A stretch of DNA of 64,000 nucleotides from Bacteroidia bacterium (GTDB taxonomy: Bacteria > Bacteroidota > Bacteroidia > Palsa-965), in contig JBIJCF010000009.1 of assembly GCA_044344795.1 (NCBI GenBank), forward strand, positions 13,630 to 77,629, given 5' to 3'. Made by a program: the position numbers and the translations under genes. Below the pieces are notes generated by a model that was given only the letters and a program-made list of their open reading frames with translations, was not told the origin of the DNA and searched no databases. Within the stretch, counting starts at the first letter, position 1. Every line of letters starts with the position of its first letter. Positions 39,570 through 53,004 of this stretch are shown here, one piece after another.

Positions 39570-40757
39570 ATGGCTAAAGAGAAATTTGACCGTTCAAAAC
39601 CCCACGTAAACGTTGGTACTATCGGTCACGTTGACCACGGTAAGACTACTTTAACTGCTGCTATCACTTCGGTGTTGGCTGATAAAGGTCTCGCTCAGGT
39701 TCGTGACTTTTCATCAATCGACAACGCTCCTGAAGAAAAAGAGCGTGGTATCACCATCAACACCTCACACGTTGAGTACGAAACTGCTAACCGTCACTAC
39801 GCGCACGTTGACTGTCCTGGTCACGCTGACTACGTAAAGAACATGGTTACAGGTGCTGCTCAGATGGACGGTGCTATCTTGGTTGTTGCTGCAACTGATG
39901 GTCCAATGCCACAAACTCGTGAGCATATCCTTCTTGCTCGTCAGGTAGGTGTACCTCGTCTGGTGGTTTTCATGAATAAAGTAGACATGGTTGACGACTT
40001 AGAGTTGTTAGACTTAGTTGAAATGGAAATCCGTGATTTGTTGTCATTCTATAAGTTCGACGGTGATAACACTCCAATCATTCGCGGATCTGCTTTAGGT
40101 GGTTTGAATAAAGAGCCAAAGTGGGTTGAGAAGATCATGGAATTGATGGATTCAGTTGATACTTACATCCCAACTCCTGCTCGTGACAAGGATAAGCCTT
40201 TCTTGATGCCGGTTGAAGACGTATTCTCGATCACTGGTCGTGGAACTGTTGCTACAGGTAAGATCGAAACCGGTGTTATCAATGTAGGTGAAGAAGTTGA
40301 AATCCTGGGTATGCAGGAAGAGAAGTTGAAGTCAACTGTAACAGGTGTAGAAATGTTCCGTAAGTTGTTGGATACAGGTGAAGCAGGTGACAACGTAGGT
40401 TTGTTGTTGCGTGGTATCGATAAGGATAAGATTCGTCGTGGTATGGTTATCGCGAAGCCGGGTTCTATCACTCCTCACACTGAGTTCAAAGCTGAGGTTT
40501 ACGTATTGAAGAAAGAAGAAGGTGGACGTCACACTCCATTCCATAACAAATATCGTCCGCAGTTCTACTTCCGTACAACTGACGTAACAGGTGAAATCAC
40601 TTTGCCTGAAGGACGTGAAATGGTTATGCCTGGTGACAACGTTACTATCTCTGTAAGTCTGATCGTTCCTGTAGCGATGGACAAAGGTTTGCGTTTCGCG
40701 ATTCGCGAAGGTGGCCGTACAGTAGGTGCTGGTCAGGTTATCGACATCAGCAAGTAA
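39570..40757 (+). CDS. tuf: Elongation factor Tu
   Basis: [11 protein letters not shown]-loop. [12 protein letters not shown]. Full-length 395 aa with high conservation. Confidence 0.97.
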   Translation: MAKEKFDRSKPHVNVGTIGHVDHGKTTLTAAITSVLADKGLAQVRDFSSIDNAPEEKERGITINTSHVEYETANRHYAHVDCPGHADYVKNMVTGAAQMDGAILVVAATDGPMPQTREHILLARQVGVPRLVVFMNKVDMVDDLELLDLVEMEIRDLLSFYKFDGDNTPIIRGSALGGLNKEPKWVEKIMELMDSVDTYIPTPARDKDKPFLMPVEDVFSITGRGTVATGKIETGVINVGEEVEILGMQEEKLKSTVTGVEMFRKLLDTGEAGDNVGLLLRGIDKDKIRRGMVIAKPGSITPHTEFKAEVYVLKKEEGGRHTPFHNKYRPQFYFRTTDVTGEITLPEGREMVMPGDNVTISVSLIVPVAMDKGLRFAIREGGRTVGAGQVIDISK

Positions 40758-40849
40758 TCATCATCGGATCAACGAGAGTTCGAAGGAGTACCGCCTAATA
40801 AGCGGTGCTCCTTTCGCTGCCAAATAGAACAGGGACTGAAAAACTGTAA

Positions 40850-40920
40850 ACGGGCATAGTTCAATGGTAGAATAGCGGTCTCCAAAACCGTTGATCTAGG
40901 TTCGAATCCTGGTGCCCGTG
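40850..40920 (+). tRNA. tRNA-Trp (anticodon CCA)
   Basis: Acceptor acgggca/tgcccgt is a perfect pairing. Anticodon stem-loop gcggt-ctccaaa-accgt. T-loop ttcgaat. Canonical position between tuf and secE. Confidence 0.8.
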
Positions 40921-40940
40921 CTAAATAAAAAACGAACGCA

Positions 40941-41135
40941 ATGAACAAAGTCAGAGCGTATATAGATGAAGTTAAGGAAGAGTTGCTGAAAAAGGTAACC
41001 TGGCCAACTTGGAGTGAATTGCAGGAGAGTGCCATCATCGTTATGGTCGCAGCTCTGATTTTCTCTTTGGTGGTGTTTGTTATGGATTTCGGTTTTAACA
41101 AAGGAATGGAATTCTTGTATAACGCTTTCCGTTAA
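40941..41135 (+). CDS. secE: Preprotein translocase subunit SecE
   Basis: 64 aa. Single C-terminal TM (AIIVMVAALIFSLVVFVMDFGF). The KVTWPTWSEL motif is typical of SecE. Located upstream of nusG. Confidence 0.85.
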   Translation: MNKVRAYIDEVKEELLKKVTWPTWSELQESAIIVMVAALIFSLVVFVMDFGFNKGMEFLYNAFR

Positions 41136-41169
41136 TAGTTACACTTACTTCAATTTATAAGACATTACA

Positions 41170-41733
41170 ATGAGCGAACAAGTTCTAAATAACGACCAAG
41201 TAAAGAAGTGGTATGTGTTGCGTGTGGTGAACGGCAAGGAGAAGAAGATTAAGCAATACATCGATTCTGAAATTATCCGTCTTGGCATGCAGGATTTTGT
41301 AACGCAGGTTCTTATTCCGATGGAGAAGGTGATTCAAATTCGGAATGGCAAGAAGGTAAGTAAGGAAAGAAATATATTCCCGGGTTACGTCATGTTGGAA
41401 GGTTCTTTGGTAGGTGAAATTCCCCACGTACTGAAAAACATTACTGGTGTGATCGGATTCTTGGGTTCAAAAACGGGTGATCCTGTACCGTTGAGGCAGT
41501 CAGAGATTAACCGCATATTAGGTAAAGTAGATGAAATGGCGGGTGCGGAGGAAACAATGTTAAATACATTCGTTGTGGGTGAGACCGTTAAAGTAATCGA
41601 CGGACCATTTAACACCTTCTCAGGTGTAATCGAAGAGATTAACGAAGAGAAGAAGAAGCTCAAAGTAATGGTTAAGATTTTCGGAAGAAAAACACCATTA
41701 GAGTTGAGTTACATGCAGGTTGAAAAAGAATAA
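41170..41733 (+). CDS. nusG: Transcription termination/antitermination factor NusG
   Basis: NGN domain (KKWYVLRVVNGKEKK). C-terminal KOW motif (GETVKVIDGPFNTFSGVIEEI). Confidence 0.9.
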   Translation: MSEQVLNNDQVKKWYVLRVVNGKEKKIKQYIDSEIIRLGMQDFVTQVLIPMEKVIQIRNGKKVSKERNIFPGYVMLEGSLVGEIPHVLKNITGVIGFLGSKTGDPVPLRQSEINRILGKVDEMAGAEETMLNTFVVGETVKVIDGPFNTFSGVIEEINEEKKKLKVMVKIFGRKTPLELSYMQVEKE

Positions 41734-41823
41734 CCTGCCCTTCCGCAGAGGTACTGCGCCCGGAAACGCTGTTACGCTAGCTTCCAAACATAACAGAACA
41801 ATTAATTAAAGTAAAACTGCAAA

Positions 41824-42267
41824 ATGGCAAAAGAAGTAAGTGCACTAATCAAGCTTCAGATTAAAGGCGGAGCTGCCAACCCGTCACCACCAATCGGCCC
41901 TGCTTTGGGCGCGAAGGGTGTGAACATCATGGAGTTTTGTAAGCAGTTTAACGCTCGCACGCAGGACAGGGCAGGAAAGATTTTGCCGGTTATCATCACG
42001 GTGTATTCTGATAAATCGTTTGAGTTTATCATTAAGCATCCGCCGGTGGCAGCGCAAATCAAAGAATTGTCCAAGGTTCAAACCGGCTCCGCTGAATCTA
42101 ACCGTAAAAAGGTTGGATCCATCACATGGGATCAGGTGCGTCAGATTGCAGAGGTAAAAATGCCCGATCTTAACTGTTTCACCATGGAATCAGCAATGAG
42201 CATGGTAGCAGGTACAGCGCGTAGCATGGGTATCACTGTAACGGGCGAAAATCCGCTGAACAAGTAA
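41824..42267 (+). CDS. rplK: 50S ribosomal protein L11
   Basis: [35 protein letters not shown] is the canonical uL11 N-terminus. Confidence 0.95.
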   Translation: MAKEVSALIKLQIKGGAANPSPPIGPALGAKGVNIMEFCKQFNARTQDRAGKILPVIITVYSDKSFEFIIKHPPVAAQIKELSKVQTGSAESNRKKVGSITWDQVRQIAEVKMPDLNCFTMESAMSMVAGTARSMGITVTGENPLNK

Positions 42268-42329
42268 AGCAAAGTTTAACCTGACGGAGTCACGTGAATG
42301 TGACGTTTGCACGTCAAAAATTTCTCACA

Positions 42330-43022
42330 ATGGCAAAAATCGCAAAGAAGAGAAAGGCAGCTATCGCGAAGTATGACGCTACTAAAGCGTATGACTTAGC
42401 GCAGGCTACCAAGATCGTGAAGGAAATCACGACCACCAAATTTGATGCTTCTGTGGATATTTGTGTTCGTCTTGGGGTAGATCCTCGTAAGGCCAACCAA
42501 ATGGTTCGTGGAACTGTAACATTGCCACACGGTACCGGTAAAACGTTACGAGTGTTGGTAATCTGTACTCCGGACAAAGAAGCTGAAGCTACAGCAGCTG
42601 GCGCTGACTTTGTAGGTTCAGATGACTACATCCAGAAAATCAAAGAAGGTTGGACGGACGTTGATGTAATTATCACTACTCCAAGTATGATGGGTAAAGT
42701 AGGTGCTTTAGGTAAGGTGTTAGGTCCACGCGGATTGATGCCAAACCCTAAAACCGGAACGGTAACCATGGAAGTTGGTAAGGCAGTGAAAGATGCAAAA
42801 GGAGGAAAAATTGATTTCAAAGTAGATAAGGCGGGTATTATCGCTTCTACAGTTGGAAAAGTTTCTTTCGATGCAGACAAACTTGCAGAAAACGCGAATG
42901 AAATCCTTCAGACGATTCTTAAACTGAAGCCTTCATCGGCAAAAGGTACTTATGTAAAAAGCGTTTACATGTCCAGTACCATGAGCCCAAGTGTTCAGAT
43001 TGATACTAAAACACTTGCATAA
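42330..43022 (+). CDS. rplA: 50S ribosomal protein L1
   Basis: [16 protein letters not shown] start. Conserved uL1 blocks ([20 protein letters not shown]; [13 protein letters not shown]). The ORF is open 36 nt further upstream, but the ATG at 42330 fits the family N-terminus. Confidence 0.93.
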   Translation: MAKIAKKRKAAIAKYDATKAYDLAQATKIVKEITTTKFDASVDICVRLGVDPRKANQMVRGTVTLPHGTGKTLRVLVICTPDKEAEATAAGADFVGSDDYIQKIKEGWTDVDVIITTPSMMGKVGALGKVLGPRGLMPNPKTGTVTMEVGKAVKDAKGGKIDFKVDKAGIIASTVGKVSFDADKLAENANEILQTILKLKPSSAKGTYVKSVYMSSTMSPSVQIDTKTLA

Positions 43023-43050
43023 CTACGGCACAGCCGAAAACTGATCTAGC

Positions 43051-43575
43051 ATGAATAAACAAGAAAAAACACAGATTATCGAAGACTTGGCAACTATGTT
43101 GTCCAACAGCAAGCATTTTTATCTTGCTGATACTTCGGAACTGCCGTCTAGCAAGACGAGTGCTCTCAGAAGAGCGTGTTTTAATAAGCAGATCAAACTG
43201 ATTGTTGTAAAAAACACATTGCTTCGTAAAGCATTAGAGCGCACTAATGACGGTGAGTTCAGTGCTATGTACGTTGCATTGAAAGGTTCTACCTCAGTCA
43301 TGCTTTCCGATACCGCTAACGAGCCTGCAAAACTGATTAAAGAGTTCCGTAAAACGAACGCTAAGCCGGTTTTGAAAGCTGCTTACGTAGAGGAATCTGT
43401 TTATGTAGGAGATGACCAACTCGACGCACTCGCAGCAATCAAGTCGAAGAACGAATTGATTGGCGACGTAATCGGATTGTTACAATCACCTGCACGCAAC
43501 GTGATATCTGCTCTCCAGTCCGGAGGGTCAACTATCGCCGGTGTGGTTAAAACACTCTCAGAGCGTCCTGAATAA
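43051..43575 (+). CDS. rplJ: 50S ribosomal protein L10
   Basis: 174 aa. uL10 pattern (KQEKTQIIEDLATML...; LRRACFNKQIKLIVVKNTLLRKAL). Confidence 0.9.
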   Translation: MNKQEKTQIIEDLATMLSNSKHFYLADTSELPSSKTSALRRACFNKQIKLIVVKNTLLRKALERTNDGEFSAMYVALKGSTSVMLSDTANEPAKLIKEFRKTNAKPVLKAAYVEESVYVGDDQLDALAAIKSKNELIGDVIGLLQSPARNVISALQSGGSTIAGVVKTLSERPE

Positions 43576-43653
43576 TTTAGGCGTTCCTCAAAGGAAAATA
43601 ATACAATAACAAAACAATTCAATTAAGTCTAATCACCAAAAATCAACATAACA

Positions 43654-44028
43654 ATGGCAGACGTTAAAGCCCTTGCTGATCAACTCGTAAATCTTACTGT
43701 TAAAGAAGTAAATGAGTTGGCAAAAATCCTTAAAGATGAATACGGCATCGAGCCTGCTGCAGCAGCAGTAGCAGTAGCTGCACCTACAGGCGGTGCAGGT
43801 GGTGGCGCAGAAGAAAAGACATCTTTCGATGTAATCTTGAAAAACGGTGGAGCTAACAAGCTTCAGGTTGTTAAGGTTGTGAAAGATGTAACAGGTCTTG
43901 GCTTGAAAGAAGCTAAAGATTTAGTTGACGGCGCTCCAAAACCAGTTAAGGAAGGCATCAGCAAAGAAGATGCAGAAGCTTTGAAAAAGCAACTTACTGA
44001 AGCAGGCGCTGAAGTTGAGGTTAAGTAA
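43654..44028 (+). CDS. rplL: 50S ribosomal protein L7/L12
   Basis: Ala-rich hinge [21 protein letters not shown]-terminal domain [56 protein letters not shown]. Confidence 0.95.
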   Translation: MADVKALADQLVNLTVKEVNELAKILKDEYGIEPAAAAVAVAAPTGGAGGGAEEKTSFDVILKNGGANKLQVVKVVKDVTGLGLKEAKDLVDGAPKPVKEGISKEDAEALKKQLTEAGAEVEVK

Positions 44029-44061
44029 TCCTCTACTTACTGCTTAAGGCTATAGACTTGA

Positions 44062-44086
44062 AGCCCTTATCAATCTGATAAGGGCT
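44062..44086 (+). promoter_or_regulatory. Stable hairpin in the rplL-rpoB intergenic region (candidate partial terminator/attenuator)
   Basis: Perfect 11-bp stem agcccttatca-atc-tgataagggct. No immediate T-run, consistent with read-through attenuation known for this junction in other bacteria. Confidence 0.4.
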
Positions 44087-44148
44087 CAGGTCTTAACCTG
44101 TTTGTTGCTACATCTGAGCTTTTGTTTCACAATTAATTTTCAACGACC

Positions 44149-47100
44149 TTGGAAACGACCAAAAAACAGCAACGCATTAACTTTGCAAAGAGCAAAGCAC
44201 AAATCGAATATCCCGATTTCCTGGATGTACAGTTAAAATCATTTCAGGATTTCTTTCAGCTGGAGACTACCAGCGAAAACCGTCAGGATGAAGGGTTGTA
44301 TAAAGTTTTCGCAGAAAATTTCCCTATCTCTGATGCCAGAAACAACTTCGTTCTCGAGTTTCTGGATTATTTTATTGATCCGCCACGTTACTCTATCGAC
44401 GAGTGCATTGAGCGCGGTCTTACCTACAGCGTTCCGCTGAAGGCAAAATTGAAACTTTATTGTACCGACCCTGAACACGAGGATTTCGAAACCATCGTAC
44501 AGGACGTGTATTTGGGAACTATCCCGTACATGACTCCTCGCGCTACGTTCGTGATCAACGGTGCAGAGCGTGTAATTGTTTCTCAATTGCATCGTTCTCC
44601 GGGTGTGTTCTTCGGTCAAAGCCGACATGCTAATGGTACGAAATTGTATTCTGCACGTGTGATTCCTTTCAAGGGATCATGGATCGAATTTGCGACGGAC
44701 ATCAATAACGTGATGTATGCTTACATCGATCGTAAGAAAAAGTTGCCTGTTACCACTTTGCTCCGTGCAATAGGTTGGGAAAGTGACAAACAAATTTTGG
44801 AACTTTTCGGACTTGCAGACGAAGTGAAAGTGAGCAAGGCAGCACTGAAAGCCGTTATTGGCCGAAAGTTGGCAGCACGTGTATTGAAAACTTGGATTGA
44901 AGATTTCGTTGATGAAGATACCGGTGAAGTGGTTTCTATTGAGCGTAACGAAGTAATTATCGATCGTGAAACCGTTCTTGAGAACGCTCACATCGATTTG
45001 ATCGTTGATGCCAACGTGAAATCTATTATCCTGCACAAAGAAGATGCAGCGCACCTGGATTATTCTATCATTTACAATACACTACAGAAAGATACTTCTA
45101 ACTCTGAGAAGGAAGCTGTAGAACATATTTACCGTCAGTTGCGTAACGCTGAACCGCCGGATGAAGAAACTGCTCGTGGAATTATCGACAAGTTGTTCTT
45201 CTCTGATAAGCGTTATGATTTGGGTGAAGTTGGTCGTTATCGCCTGAATAAAAAATTAGAGCGCAACACGTCATACGAAACACGCGTATTGACTAAAGAC
45301 GACATCGTGGCCATCATCAAATATTTGATCGAGTTGATTAACTCGAAAGCAGATATTGATGATATCGATCACTTGTCAAACCGTCGTGTACGTACTGTTG
45401 GTGAACAATTATATGCTCAATTCGGAGTTGGTTTAGCGCGTATGGCGCGTACTATCCGTGAACGTATGAACGTTCGCGACAACGAAGTATTTACGCCTAC
45501 AGATTTGATTAATGCGAAGACTTTGTCTTCTGTGATCAATTCGTTCTTCGGAACTAACCAGTTATCACAATTCATGGATCAAACCAATCCATTGGCAGAG
45601 ATTACGCACAAGCGTCGTCTTTCCGCTCTTGGGCCCGGAGGTTTATCACGTGAACGCGCAGGTTTCGAAGTTCGTGACGTACACTACACGCACTATGGTC
45701 GTTTGTGTACTATCGAAACACCGGAAGGTCCAAACATCGGTTTGATTTCTTCTTTGTGCGTATATGCGAAAATTAACAAACTTGGATTTATAGAAACACC
45801 TTACAAGACTGTAACAACAGGTAAGGTGGATTTGAATAAGCCGGTGATTTACTTAACTGCTGAAGAAGAAGATCGCAAGATTATCGCTCAGGCCAACGCA
45901 GAGTTGGATGAGAAAGGTAATTTCAAGCATCCTCGTATCAAGGCTCGTTACGAGTCTGATTATCCGGTTGTGGATCCTGAGCAAATTGCATTGATGGACG
46001 TTGCTCCGAACCAGATTGCATCTATTGCTGCATCATTGATTCCATTCTTGGAGCATGATGACGCGAACCGTGCGTTGATGGGATCGAACATGCAACGTCA
46101 GGCTGTACCGCTTTTGCGCCCTGAAGCTCCGATTGTAGGCACAGGTCTCGAAGGTCGTATTGCTCGTGACTCACGTGTTCTGCTTCAGGCAGAAGGTGAC
46201 GGTGTTGTTGAGTATGTGGATGCGAACGAAATCATTGTTCGTTATAACCGCTCTGACAAAGATCGTTTAGTGAGCTTCGAAGATGATGCAAAATCGTATC
46301 GTTTTACGAAATTCCGCAAGACCAACCAAAGTACTTGCATCAATTTGCGTCCTATCGTTAAGAAAGGTGACAAAGTGAAGGCCGGTCAAATCATGTGTGA
46401 AGGATATTCTACACGTGACGGAGAGTTGGCACTTGGACGTAACCTGAAAGTAGCATTCATGCCTTGGAAAGGTTACAACTTCGAGGATGCTATTGTAATT
46501 AATGAGAAAGTAGTTCGCGATGATATCTTCACTTCAATTCACATCGATGAGTATGTGATGGAAGTTCGTGATACCAAACGTGGATTGGAAGAATTGACAG
46601 CAGACATTCCAAACGTTTCTGAAGAAGCAACGAAAGATTTGGATGAAAGCGGTTTGATTCGTATTGGTGCAGAGGTGAAGGAAGGCGATATCCTTATTGG
46701 TAAGATTACTCCTAAGGGTGAAACAGATCCTTCTCCGGAAGAAAAACTTCTTCGTGCAATCTTCGGTGATAAGGCCGGAGATGTGAAAGACGCTTCATTG
46801 AAAGTTCCACCATCAATTCGTGGTGTAATCATCGACAAGAAGTTATTCTCACGTGCCATGAAAGATAAGAAGGCAAAAGCTGAAGAGAAGTTAGTAGTTG
46901 AGAAAATCGACAAAGAACAGGCTCAGGAAGAAGCAGCATTGTTGAATATCTTGATGGACAAATTGGATCAAATTCTTGCCGGTAAAACTTCCGCAGGAGT
47001 TACAAATAATCTGAATGAGGAAGTTGTTGCGAAGGGGACGAAGTTCTCTCGTAAGATGTTGGAGAAAATTGACTATGTCAATGTGAATCCTGCGCGTTGG

Positions 47101-47958
47101 ACTAGTGACGAAGAAACGAACCAAATGGTGCGCATGGTTATCCACAACTTCGTGATTAAGTTCAACGACTTAGGTGGAGCATACAAGCGTAAAAAGTTTG
47201 CATTGCAAGTTGGTGACGAATTACCTGCAGGTATCGTTCAGTTGGCTAAAGTTTACATCGCTAAGAAGCGTAAGCTGAAAGTGGGTGATAAAATGGCCGG
47301 CCGTCACGGTAACAAAGGTATCGTTGCTCGTATTGTTCGTGCAGAAGACATGCCATTCCTGGAAGACGGAACACCGGTTGATATCGTATTGAATCCGTTG
47401 GGTGTACCTTCACGTATGAACCTTGGTCAGATTTACGAAACCGTATTGGGCTGGGCAGGTGAGAAGCTTGGATTGAAGTTCTCGACTCCTATTTTCGATG
47501 GTGCTACTATTGATGAAATCAATAAGTACACTGACGACGCGGGATTACCACGCTACGGACGTACGTTCTTAACTGACGGTGGAACCGGGGAGCGCTTCGA
47601 CCAGCCTGCAACTGTAGGTATTATCTACATGTTGAAACTGGGCCACATGGTTGATGACAAAATGCACGCACGTTCTATCGGACCATATTCATTGATTACG
47701 CAGCAGCCATTGGGCGGTAAAGCTCAGTTTGGTGGTCAGCGTTTCGGTGAGATGGAAGTATGGGCGCTGGAAGCATTCGGTGCAGCTAATATCTTGCAGG
47801 AAATCCTTACCATTAAGTCGGATGACGTTGTAGGCCGCGCTAAGGCGTATGAGTCGATTGTTAAAGGAGATAATTTGCCGACTCCGGGTATTCCTGAATC
47901 ATTTAACGTATTGATGCACGAATTGCGTGGATTAGCGTTGAATGTATCACTCGACTAA
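44149..47958 (+). CDS. rpoB: DNA-directed RNA polymerase subunit beta
   Basis: 1269 aa. N-terminus ...[27 protein letters not shown] plus many conserved rpoB blocks (rif region, [14 protein letters not shown]). Start codon uncertain (TTG at 44149). Confidence 0.97.
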   Translation: METTKKQQRINFAKSKAQIEYPDFLDVQLKSFQDFFQLETTSENRQDEGLYKVFAENFPISDARNNFVLEFLDYFIDPPRYSIDECIERGLTYSVPLKAKLKLYCTDPEHEDFETIVQDVYLGTIPYMTPRATFVINGAERVIVSQLHRSPGVFFGQSRHANGTKLYSARVIPFKGSWIEFATDINNVMYAYIDRKKKLPVTTLLRAIGWESDKQILELFGLADEVKVSKAALKAVIGRKLAARVLKTWIEDFVDEDTGEVVSIERNEVIIDRETVLENAHIDLIVDANVKSIILHKEDAAHLDYSIIYNTLQKDTSNSEKEAVEHIYRQLRNAEPPDEETARGIIDKLFFSDKRYDLGEVGRYRLNKKLERNTSYETRVLTKDDIVAIIKYLIELINSKADIDDIDHLSNRRVRTVGEQLYAQFGVGLARMARTIRERMNVRDNEVFTPTDLINAKTLSSVINSFFGTNQLSQFMDQTNPLAEITHKRRLSALGPGGLSRERAGFEVRDVHYTHYGRLCTIETPEGPNIGLISSLCVYAKINKLGFIETPYKTVTTGKVDLNKPVIYLTAEEEDRKIIAQANAELDEKGNFKHPRIKARYESDYPVVDPEQIALMDVAPNQIASIAASLIPFLEHDDANRALMGSNMQRQAVPLLRPEAPIVGTGLEGRIARDSRVLLQAEGDGVVEYVDANEIIVRYNRSDKDRLVSFEDDAKSYRFTKFRKTNQSTCINLRPIVKKGDKVKAGQIMCEGYSTRDGELALGRNLKVAFMPWKGYNFEDAIVINEKVVRDDIFTSIHIDEYVMEVRDTKRGLEELTADIPNVSEEATKDLDESGLIRIGAEVKEGDILIGKITPKGETDPSPEEKLLRAIFGDKAGDVKDASLKVPPSIRGVIIDKKLFSRAMKDKKAKAEEKLVVEKIDKEQAQEEAALLNILMDKLDQILAGKTSAGVTNNLNEEVVAKGTKFSRKMLEKIDYVNVNPARWTSDEETNQMVRMVIHNFVIKFNDLGGAYKRKKFALQVGDELPAGIVQLAKVYIAKKRKLKVGDKMAGRHGNKGIVARIVRAEDMPFLEDGTPVDIVLNPLGVPSRMNLGQIYETVLGWAGEKLGLKFSTPIFDGATIDEINKYTDDAGLPRYGRTFLTDGGTGERFDQPATVGIIYMLKLGHMVDDKMHARSIGPYSLITQQPLGGKAQFGGQRFGEMEVWALEAFGAANILQEILTIKSDDVVGRAKAYESIVKGDNLPTPGIPESFNVLMHELRGLALNVSLD

Positions 47959-47998
47959 GTAAGGAACAAGTAATTTGACGAACGAAAAAATCTGAATT

Positions 47999-50900
47999 AT
48001 GTCTTTCAGAAAAGAACCAAAAATAAAGAGTAACTTCTCTACAATCACGATCAGTCTGGCCTCTCCGGAGTCTATTCTGGAGCGTTCAAGTGGAGAAGTT
48101 TTAAAGCCGGAGACGATAAACTATCGTACCTATAAGCCGGAACGCGACGGATTATTTTGTGAGCGCATTTTCGGTCCTGTGAAGGATTGGGAGTGTCACT
48201 GCGGAAAGTACAAGCGTATCCGTTATAAGGGAATCGTGTGTGACCGTTGCGGTGTTGAAGTAACGGAAAAGAAAGTGCGTCGTGAGCGTATGGGTCATAT
48301 CAACTTGACTGTACCTGTTGCGCACATCTGGTATTTCCGTTCATTGCCAAACAAAATTGGTTATTTGCTTGGTCTTCCAACGAAGAAATTGGATATGATC
48401 ATTTACTACGAGCGTTATGTAGTTATTAACGCCGGTGTAAAATCAGAAGACGGAATTCAGTACATGGATTTCCTTACTGAAGAGCAGTATCTCGAGATTT
48501 TGGAAACTCTTCCAAAAGAGAATCAGTACCTCGATGACGCGGATCCAAATAAGTTTATCGCAAAAATGGGTGCCGAGGCGCTTTACGATTTGTTGCGTAA
48601 TCTGAAGTTGGACGAGTTGTCTTACGAGTTACGTCACAAGGCAAATACAGAAACTTCACAACAGCGTAAAAACGAAGCATTGAAGCGTTTACAGGTTGTT
48701 GAAGCTTTCCGTCATGCGAACAAGATCGTTGAAAATCGTCCGGAGTGGATGGTTATCAAAGTTGTTCCTGTGATTCCACCGGAATTACGTCCGTTAGTTC
48801 CGCTGGATGGTGGACGTTTCGCAACATCCGATTTGAACGATTTGTATCGTCGTGTAATTATTCGTAACAACCGTCTGAAGCGTTTGATTGAAATCAAGGC
48901 TCCAGATGTAATCTTGCGTAACGAGAAGCGTATGCTTCAGGAAGCGGTGGATTCGTTGTTCGATAACTCACGTAAGGCAAATGCTGTTAAGACTGAGTCT
49001 AACCGTGCTTTGAAATCACTTTCTGATTCATTGAAAGGTAAGCAAGGTCGTTTCCGTCAGAACTTACTTGGTAAACGTGTTGACTACTCTGCACGTTCAG
49101 TAATTGTTGTAGGTCCTGAATTGAAATTACACGAATGCGGTTTACCGAAGGAAATGGCTGCTGAGTTATTCAAGCCGTTTATTATTCGTAAGCTGATCGA
49201 AAGAGGAATTGTTAAGACTGTAAAGTCTGCAAAGAAGATTGTAGATCGTAAGGACGCAGTAGTTTGGGATATTCTTGAGAACGTGTTGAAAGGACATCCT
49301 GTGTTATTGAACCGTGCTCCAACGCTTCACCGTTTGGGTATTCAGTCGTTCCAGCCGAAATTGATCGAAGGAAAAGCGATTCAGTTGCACCCATTGGTGT
49401 GTACTGCATTTAACGCTGACTTTGACGGCGACCAGATGGCTGTGCACGTTCCACTTGGAAATGCTGCGGTATTGGAAGCTCAGGTATTGATGCTTGCAGC
49501 TCACAACATTTTGAACCCTGCTAATGGAGCGCCAATCGCCGTTCCTTCACAGGACATGGTGTTGGGTCTGTACTACATTACCAAAGGCATGAAGACTGAT
49601 GAGCACGTGACTGTTAAAGGTCAGGGGCTTACTTTCTATAGCTCAGAAGAAGCAATTATTGCATACAATGAAAAGCGTGTTGATCTGCATGCTTGGGTGA
49701 AAGTTAGAATCAACAATATGAAGGTGGACGGCGAGTTGAAGCCGGGTATCATCGAAACTACTGTTGGTCGTATTATGTTCAATCAAGTAGTTCCTTTTGA
49801 AGCAGGTTATATCAACGAGTTATTGACTAAGAAATCGTTGCGTGATATTATCGGTTATGTATTAAAAGAAACCGGAATGGCTCGCACAGCGAAGTTCTTG
49901 GATGACATAAAAGAATTAGGTTTCCGCATGGCATTCAAAGGTGGCTTGTCGTTTAACTTAGGTGATATCATTGTTCCTGAAGATAAAGTGAAGATGATTG
50001 ATGATGCTAATGCTCAGGTTGAAGAAGTTCGTACGAACTATAACATGGGCTTCATCACTAATAACGAACGTTATAACCAAATCATCGATATTTGGACGCA
50101 CACCAACAACCGCATCACTAAAAAAGTATTGGATCAATTATCATCAGATCGTCAGGGCTTCAACCCGGTGTATATGATGTTGGATTCAGGTGCTCGTGGA
50201 TCTAAAGAACAGATCAAGCAGTTGGGCGGTATGCGTGGTTTGATGGCTAAGCCATCTAAAGGCGGTGCCGGCGGCGGTGAGATTATCGAAAATCCCGTTA
50301 TCTCTAACTTTAAAGAAGGTCTGTCGATCCTTGAGTACTTTATCTCTACTCACGGTGCACGTAAAGGTCTCGCGGATACGGCTTTGAAAACGGCAGATGC
50401 GGGTTATCTGACTCGTCGTTTGGTTGACGTAGCTCAAGATGTTGTAATTACCGAAGATGATTGCGGTACTTTGCGTGGTCTGGTAGCTACTGCATTAAAG
50501 AAGAACGAAGAAATCGTTGAATCGTTATATGATCGTATTTTGGGTCGTACTGCAGTTCACGATGTATATGAGCCACGTACCGGTAATTTGATTATCAGTG
50601 CAGGAATGGAAATCACCGAAGAGTATGCAACGCGCATTGAGCAAAGTGCAATTGAAGCGGTTGAAATTCGTTCTGTATTGACATGTGAATCCAAGCAGGG
50701 TGTATGTGCGAAGTGTTACGGTCGTAACCTAGCTTCTGCGCGTATGGTTCAGATGGGTGAAGCAGTTGGTGTAATTGCTGCACAGTCTATCGGTGAGCCG
50801 GGTACGCAGTTGACGTTACGTACGTTCCACGTTGGTGGTGTTGCAGGAGGTTCTGCAGCTTCATCTAAATTGGAAGCGAAGCACGACGGTATCATCGAGA

Positions 50901-52291
50901 TGGATGAATTGCGTACAGTAAAACGTAAGACTGAAGAAGGTGCTGTTGATGTTGTTATCGGACGTTCTGCAGAAATGCGTATCATCGATCCTAATACGGG
51001 AATTGTGTTGACAACAGGTAACGTTCCTTACGGATCTATCCTATATGTTAAGCATGGTGACAACGTTAAGAAAGGTGTTACGATTTGCGAATGGGATCCA
51101 TATAACGCGGTAATCGTATCAGAATTCGCCGGTAAGGTTGAATTTGATAATATCGAGGAAGGTATTACATTCCGTGAAGAGGCTGACGAACAGACTGGAT
51201 TCCGCGAGAAGGTAATCATCGAATCGAAAGACAAAACGAAGAACCCGTCTATCCGCATTGTTAGCGGTGGCGATATTCTGAAGAACTACAACATTCCTGT
51301 TTCTGCACACATCGTGATTGAAGACGGAGCGAAAATTGATGCGGGTCATATCCTCGTTAAGATTCCACGTGCTGTAGGTAAGCAGGGCGATATCACCGGT
51401 GGTCTTCCTCGCGTTACAGAATTATTCGAAGCGCGTAACCCAAGCAACCCGGCTGTTGTTTCTGAAATTGACGGAGTTGTTTCGTTTGGTAAGATTAAGC
51501 GTGGTAACCGTGAGGTTTCTGTTGAATCACGTACCGGCGAGCGTAAGACATATCTTATTCCGTTGTCGAAGCACATTTTGGTTCAGGAGAACGACTTTAT
51601 CCGTGCAGGTGAAGCGTTGTCTGACGGTGTGATTAGTCCGGGTGATATTCTTGCAATTAAAGGACCAACTGCAGTCCAGGAATATCTTGTAAACGAAATT
51701 CAGGAAGTTTATCGTTTGCAGGGTGTAAAAATCAACGACAAGCACTTTGAGGTTATCGTACGTCAAATGATGCGTAAGGTTGAAATTTCTGATCCGGGCG
51801 ATACGATGTTGTTGGAAACGCAATTGGCTAACAAAGCTGATTTCATGGAAGAGAACGATCGTTTGTTTGCTAAGAAGGTTGTTGTGGATCCGGGCGATTC
51901 ACAAAACTTCAAAGCAGGTCAGATTATATCTGCACGCAAGCTTCGTGATGAGAACTCGATGCTTAAACGTAAGGACCTGAAACCTGTTGAAGCTCGTGAT
52001 GCTGTTCCGGCAACGTCACAACAGATTTTGCAAGGTATTACTCGTGCGTCGTTGCAAACCAACAGTTGGGTATCTGCAGCGTCGTTCCAGGAAACTACAA
52101 AGGTGTTGAACGAAGCGGCAGTACACGGCAAGCAGGATACGCTTGTCGGTCTGAAGGAGAATGTGATCGTTGGTCACTTGATTCCTGCAGGTACAGGTTT
52201 GCGCACTTACGAGAAACTCGTTGTAGGTTCGAAGGAAGAGTACGAAAAACTGATGGCTGCGAAGAAAGAAACTTTGGAAGAAGAAGTTTAA
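47999..52291 (+). CDS. rpoC: DNA-directed RNA polymerase subunit beta'
   Basis: 1430 aa. Zn-finger [27 protein letters not shown] catalytic motif. Conserved C-terminal blocks. Confidence 0.97.
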   Translation: MSFRKEPKIKSNFSTITISLASPESILERSSGEVLKPETINYRTYKPERDGLFCERIFGPVKDWECHCGKYKRIRYKGIVCDRCGVEVTEKKVRRERMGHINLTVPVAHIWYFRSLPNKIGYLLGLPTKKLDMIIYYERYVVINAGVKSEDGIQYMDFLTEEQYLEILETLPKENQYLDDADPNKFIAKMGAEALYDLLRNLKLDELSYELRHKANTETSQQRKNEALKRLQVVEAFRHANKIVENRPEWMVIKVVPVIPPELRPLVPLDGGRFATSDLNDLYRRVIIRNNRLKRLIEIKAPDVILRNEKRMLQEAVDSLFDNSRKANAVKTESNRALKSLSDSLKGKQGRFRQNLLGKRVDYSARSVIVVGPELKLHECGLPKEMAAELFKPFIIRKLIERGIVKTVKSAKKIVDRKDAVVWDILENVLKGHPVLLNRAPTLHRLGIQSFQPKLIEGKAIQLHPLVCTAFNADFDGDQMAVHVPLGNAAVLEAQVLMLAAHNILNPANGAPIAVPSQDMVLGLYYITKGMKTDEHVTVKGQGLTFYSSEEAIIAYNEKRVDLHAWVKVRINNMKVDGELKPGIIETTVGRIMFNQVVPFEAGYINELLTKKSLRDIIGYVLKETGMARTAKFLDDIKELGFRMAFKGGLSFNLGDIIVPEDKVKMIDDANAQVEEVRTNYNMGFITNNERYNQIIDIWTHTNNRITKKVLDQLSSDRQGFNPVYMMLDSGARGSKEQIKQLGGMRGLMAKPSKGGAGGGEIIENPVISNFKEGLSILEYFISTHGARKGLADTALKTADAGYLTRRLVDVAQDVVITEDDCGTLRGLVATALKKNEEIVESLYDRILGRTAVHDVYEPRTGNLIISAGMEITEEYATRIEQSAIEAVEIRSVLTCESKQGVCAKCYGRNLASARMVQMGEAVGVIAAQSIGEPGTQLTLRTFHVGGVAGGSAASSKLEAKHDGIIEMDELRTVKRKTEEGAVDVVIGRSAEMRIIDPNTGIVLTTGNVPYGSILYVKHGDNVKKGVTICEWDPYNAVIVSEFAGKVEFDNIEEGITFREEADEQTGFREKVIIESKDKTKNPSIRIVSGGDILKNYNIPVSAHIVIEDGAKIDAGHILVKIPRAVGKQGDITGGLPRVTELFEARNPSNPAVVSEIDGVVSFGKIKRGNREVSVESRTGERKTYLIPLSKHILVQENDFIRAGEALSDGVISPGDILAIKGPTAVQEYLVNEIQEVYRLQGVKINDKHFEVIVRQMMRKVEISDPGDTMLLETQLANKADFMEENDRLFAKKVVVDPGDSQNFKAGQIISARKLRDENSMLKRKDLKPVEARDAVPATSQQILQGITRASLQTNSWVSAASFQETTKVLNEAAVHGKQDTLVGLKENVIVGHLIPAGTGLRTYEKLVVGSKEEYEKLMAAKKETLEEEV

Positions 52292-52312
52292 TTTTCGCGA
52301 AGCATAACTTAA

Positions 52313-52349
52313 AAAGGATCTCACTTTACGGTGAGATCCTTTTGTTTTT
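52313..52349 (+). terminator. Rho-independent terminator after rpoC
   Basis: aaaggatctcac-tttacg-gtgagatccttt followed by tgttttt. Confidence 0.8.
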
Positions 52350-52395
52350 ACTTGATGCTTGTTTTACTCCTCAACACCCGCTGAGTAAAATATAA

Positions 52396-53004
52396 TTAGT
52401 CGCGGTTAATTTCAAATTCATTAACGCTATCCCACGTATTGCGGGTGTATAGTAATCTCCCTTTTTCGTCTAAGTACACAATTTGATGTGCTGGCACCTG
52501 CACGCCAACGCCATCTTGACGAAAAAAGGTTGCAGGTGACGCCAGTCGGCCCGCAGTTACTCTCCCTGAACGGTCGAATCTCACGAATCCAATAAATTCT
52601 TTTCCGGTACCATCAGGGATGATGAGCGTTGTAGGCTGCGCCAGTTCGGCCCTAACCAACCTACTGTCCAAAGAAAGTTGTGCATATCCGTTTACCCGAA
52701 CCCCAATACCATCAGGAGTAAATAGCACATACTCTTCTGTCGAATGAAACCGAACCAATTTCCCGTTATGATTTAATTCAAAGTCACCACTGATTTTTAT
52801 GCTGATGCCATCCGGTGTAAACGCCACACTGGGTTCCAACGCATGAGCAGAATATATACGGTTGTTATCCCAAAGCACTTTCCCTCTCACGGTTCGCATG
52901 ATTCCATCCGTGCAAAGTACCGAAGTGGGAACATCGTATCCGGATGGATTATGCTGTGAGAGAAGTAATATAAGCAGTAGTCGGGAAAAGAGAATATTTA
53001 ACAT
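52396..53004 (-). CDS. Hypothetical secreted protein with internal short beta-repeat motifs (TPDGI/IPDGTG)
   Basis: Signal peptide MLNILFSRLLLILLLS. Repeated FTPDGIxxxxxG-like segments spaced ~30 aa apart suggest a beta-propeller/beta-sandwich repeat. No catalytic motif. Confidence 0.45.
   Translation of the reverse strand: MLNILFSRLLLILLLSQHNPSGYDVPTSVLCTDGIMRTVRGKVLWDNNRIYSAHALEPSVAFTPDGISIKISGDFELNHNGKLVRFHSTEEYVLFTPDGIGVRVNGYAQLSLDSRLVRAELAQPTTLIIPDGTGKEFIGFVRFDRSGRVTAGRLASPATFFRQDGVGVQVPAHQIVYLDEKGRLLYTRNTWDSVNEFEINRD

Noticed and set aside
40769-41101. 110-aa minus-strand ORF spanning tRNA-Trp and secE
   Set aside because: It overlaps a structurally well-supported tRNA and the conserved secE gene. 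It is a spurious ORF.
44239-52324. Numerous 60-130-aa antisense and alternative-frame ORFs inside rpoB and rpoC (for example 44239..44628, 46539..46913, 51527..51823, 52016..52324)
   Set aside because: They are fully embedded in highly conserved coding sequence on the opposite strand or frame. Their low-complexity composition is typical of shadow ORFs.
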